Source: Tricharina praecox | Taxonomy: Eukaryota | Reading direction: 5' to 3' | DNA: 64,000 nt | NCBI RefSeq assembly: GCF_024521635.1 | Contig: NW_026250404.1 | Location: forward strand, 1,240,001-1,304,000 | Shown: positions 60,801 through 64,000 of the stretch, piece by piece | Position numbering within the stretch: the stretch's first letter is position 1 | Layout: each line of letters starts with the position of its first letter | Notes under the pieces: model-generated | Told to the model about the DNA's origin: nothing | The model's input: only the letters and a program-made list of their open reading frames with translations | Databases searched by the model: none | Position numbers and translations under genes: made by a program

Positions 60801-63800
60801 ATGGGAATCCAATCACTGTTCCCCCTTGTGATCAGAAGACGAGACTGACTCCTATCCACGGCCATGGGTGGTGGCGGTAGTGGATGATGCTGATGCTGAT
60901 TCTGCAGTGTCCCGGCCCTCTTCCAGGTCCAGGGCGTTGGATGCTCGTTTAGAATCTTTAACTATCCGGATATCCCACTTAGCCACGTAACGAATCAAAT
61001 GGGTACCTGTACATAGATACCGTATTCCTGCGACACACAGGCTCCGTCTCGGTACGACGAAGATCGAGGATCGAGGACGAGCAGGAGGAGGAGAGATGAA
61101 GGAGAACTTCGAGGGGAAGGGAAGGGGTGGCGGAAGGGGGGTGGCGGGGAGGGACCAGTCAGAATTGCATCACGCATTTTGGAGCGAGGTGTCCCCGCGG
61201 CGGCAGTCCGGAAGGCGTCCACGGGAGCGCCGATGGGGCCCAACTCCAGGCCTGGATGATGACGGATGAGCGATGGCGCTTACCCGCGGTTATCTCGTAC
61301 ATATGCACGTGTGTACTGGTGCGCATGTGCCAGTACGGGAGCAATCCCGACACAACTAGATCGGCAGTGACAGTGCTTCAAGCAGGAATCCTTCCGAATT
61401 CCGGTTGGGACCGATGGGGGAGGGGAGACCGGACTGTTGTGGGGTGATCAGGCTGCGGATAAACCGAGAGAGTGAGCGCACTGATCGTGATATGCCAAGA
61501 GGAGAGTAGTCAGGAGAACCCACGTAAACTGCAACGCTGTTTTGCGATCTGTGCGGGCCGTGAAACGTATGTAGGCTGCTGTTATCCGAGAACGCGGATC
61601 CCAATGCCGGACGGCGCGGAGAGGTAATCCAGATGTCGGAAGGATGATCGCGTGAGGTATTTCGCCCGATCCGGCGAGGAGGAGCGCCTGAAGAGGGGGA
61701 GAGAAAGAGGAGGCGGAGGATGTCAACTACGGCGACGACGACGTGGGAGTTCATCCGGTGAAAGGCGTGGGGGTACTTGCACGGGCTTTAGGTGCGTAGA
61801 CAACCATGATCCTATTGCAAAGGAGACTGGAGACGAAACGACAGCAGCTTCAGAGTTGACGATATAGGTTGTTCTCGTTCGCAGGCACAACCAATACTGT
61901 GTGCGAATACGACAAGGCGGCAGAGGGGCAGGCAGAAAGAAAGTGAAGCCATTGCTTTTTCTCTCTCTCCGTGGCGCAGGTAAACAACAACGCAATCAAA
62001 TAAGCGACATCTAGCCGTGGAATGTCCGCTTTCAGTCAAGCATGTATATCCAACAGCAACAACTACAACAAAAACAACAACTACATACAACAACAACGGC
62101 AAAGGACCAACGCAACTCACCCCACGTTCGAAATATTGCCTACAGGCACAATCACGACTATCCTCACCGGCACGCACCATCCGTCCCGGCGGCCGCGGCG
62201 TTGGAGGCGGCGTCAGCATCCAGATGCCCGTTCCTGGCGCACATCACCACTCTTCCGACAAGCTTCGTGGGCACATGTTGCTCCACATGGCTCCCAACGA
62301 CCTGTCGACAGTTCTCTTTTCCCGGCAGCACGGGAATGCATGTATGGTACTAAACTTCTTCCGGGGGGCCAAAGTAGGTATCTCGGTAAATACATGTAAG
62401 TACCTGCTCCATGTCCTCGATACATATGCACACTGTGCAGATACTGCTTCGGTGAAAGGGCCGCGGCGGGCCATATGCCTCCGCCTGACTACCCATGGGC
62501 GGCAGTGTCTGCTGTATGATAGGTACATATGGTACTTTGCTATACCTACTCTACTATGGCTGCATCAATTGCTGGGCCAGGCCTCAAACAGACAACTGCA
62601 GAGGTACTCGTGCAGAGACTCGGAACCATAGTTTCATCTCTCACCTGCCTACATTCTTATGCATGCTGAAGGTTTCTTCAGGTTCCGGAAATGCAGGCTA
62701 ACAGGTACCTCTCTGCTATAGGTTCGACGGGCACTTGCTTTGGTTCATCAGGCCTTCGTTCGTTCAAGGTGAGGACGACCTATCACCAAGTATGCATACG
62801 ATCGAGAAAGTGCACCCTATGCATATCTTTTTCTTTTCTCTGAAGAAGCGCACTGCCGGTCGTCGTCGGTGGCTCGTGTGGCGCCGTAAGCTTCCTCGGT
62901 AAGCCTACTACTTCAAGCTTTCGCTGTTGCACTCGGCTTTAGTTACTTACGGAAGCCAAACGGCTCGGTTCATTTGCCTCGGGCCCTCCGCAAGATTTCA
63001 TCGTTGGGAACGCACACATACCTACGCACACCGTTTTCCCGCATTTCTCCGCGGTCTCTACTCAGTACTCTATCTACTGGTAGGTACGGTAGGTATCCCT
63101 TTGAGTGATTCCTTTTCGTCGCCCTGGCTGGAATCTCTATTCTTACTTACTTTTGTACCGATTAGCAAGCCTTGCCCTGTCCGTCCGTCCGTCGTTCGAA
63201 TGATTCAACTGACTGGCTGCCCCGCGGTCGGCCGGCCGGTCGGTCGACGGCTCCACAGCGGCGGGAACCGTATGTACATATCTACGTGTGTACCACACAC
63301 ACCTCGGATCGACGCTGTCAAAAAAACATCTTACCCACGTTTTCGTCACCCATGGATAGAGATAGGTGGTTGTTTCAAGTTCATCTCTCCCGTGCTTCCC
63401 GCGCACAGAGCCCCTCCCTACGCTCTACAGACACAGACACAGACTCACAGACTCCGTCAACCAAACCCAATTACTACTTAGTCACGCCCCCCTCCCCCCG
63501 GCCGCCCCCGAAAGAAAAAAATCTCTTCAGAGATGCGTGGAAAGAGGAAGGACCGCGACCAAGTCAAGGCTCTGATGAGGAAATAGGGGGGAGCCAGCCC
63601 GATGGCCGCGAGAATCCGAGTCGATTGCCGGCCCTTTCCCCCTTCACCCACCAAGGATCCCAGTGGCCCTGCGTCGACCGGAACACGCGTAGAAGAGATC
63701 GTGGGATGTGAGGATATTGGTTTATCTACTCTGCCTTTAGTTGGAAATTGCTCTGTCTGCACGCCACACATTACAGAGCTGGGCAAATGCGTCCCGCCAC

Positions 63801-64000
63801 CCAACCTGTATAGAGTACCTACGCGTTTGTTGCACCGATCACGAGGGAAGTGCACCGGCACCTGCAACTGCACTCTCCAGTTGGGTCCGTCCGTTTCTCA
63901 TAGGTTTTACCGTGACGGCAGAGTCTGTAGATCGAATGGCAGTTGGGCCTGCCCCTTCTAGATCTTGATCTTCATCGGTACTCTACATACCATGCCCGCA
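51900..64000. other. ~12-kb gene-poor, microsatellite-rich intergenic region
   Basis: Only short low-complexity ORFs without recognisable domains. Simple repeats include (GGAATG)n ~53120, (ATT)n ~55165, (CCA)n ~58072, (GCCAGT/GCCAAAT)n ~59007 and (GCAA)n ~59800. Confidence 0.6.

Noticed and set aside
62017..62631. Gln/Thr/Asn-rich ORFs, one with an RCPFL heme-motif-like peptide
   Set aside because: All three frames are open because of a CAA-rich tract; no other coding evidence.

Overview
This window is eukaryotic genomic DNA from a filamentous ascomycete. Evidence: short GT-AG introns with CTRAC branch points, palC, a complex I subunit and a PTH11-like GPCR; Pezizomycetes is a weak guess. 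I rebuilt spliced gene models by hand. In order: a partial ORF, a CYP52-type P450 with four FarA-type CCTCGG sites upstream, a PTH11-like 7TM receptor, and a Zn2Cys6 transcription factor. After a microsatellite-rich spacer comes a ~1900-2200 aa disordered multi-repeat protein that the ORF track splits into pieces. Next are an intron-containing tRNA-Ser(CGA), an intronless 735-aa uncharacterised gene, tRNA-Cys, palC, the complex I 12-kDa subunit, a Mis18-like gene, a Zn-dependent ADH, a sterol esterase/lipase, a tiny Cys/His zinc-ribbon ORF and an HBN1/FRM2 nitroreductase. These are followed by a second identical tRNA-Cys with a 27/30-bp repeat behind it, a secreted CBM-like protein needing a 5-nt microexon, a decayed hAT transposon and an ACS-family MFS transporter with a GC-AG intron. 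The last ~12 kb has no convincing gene. No CRISPR, rRNA or intact mobile element was seen. The best candidates for something undescribed are the giant charge-polarised repeat protein, the tRNA-bracketed orphan gene, the P450/GPCR/TF neighbourhood and a fossil coding repeat at 34.7 kb. All family calls come from motif recognition, not database searches.
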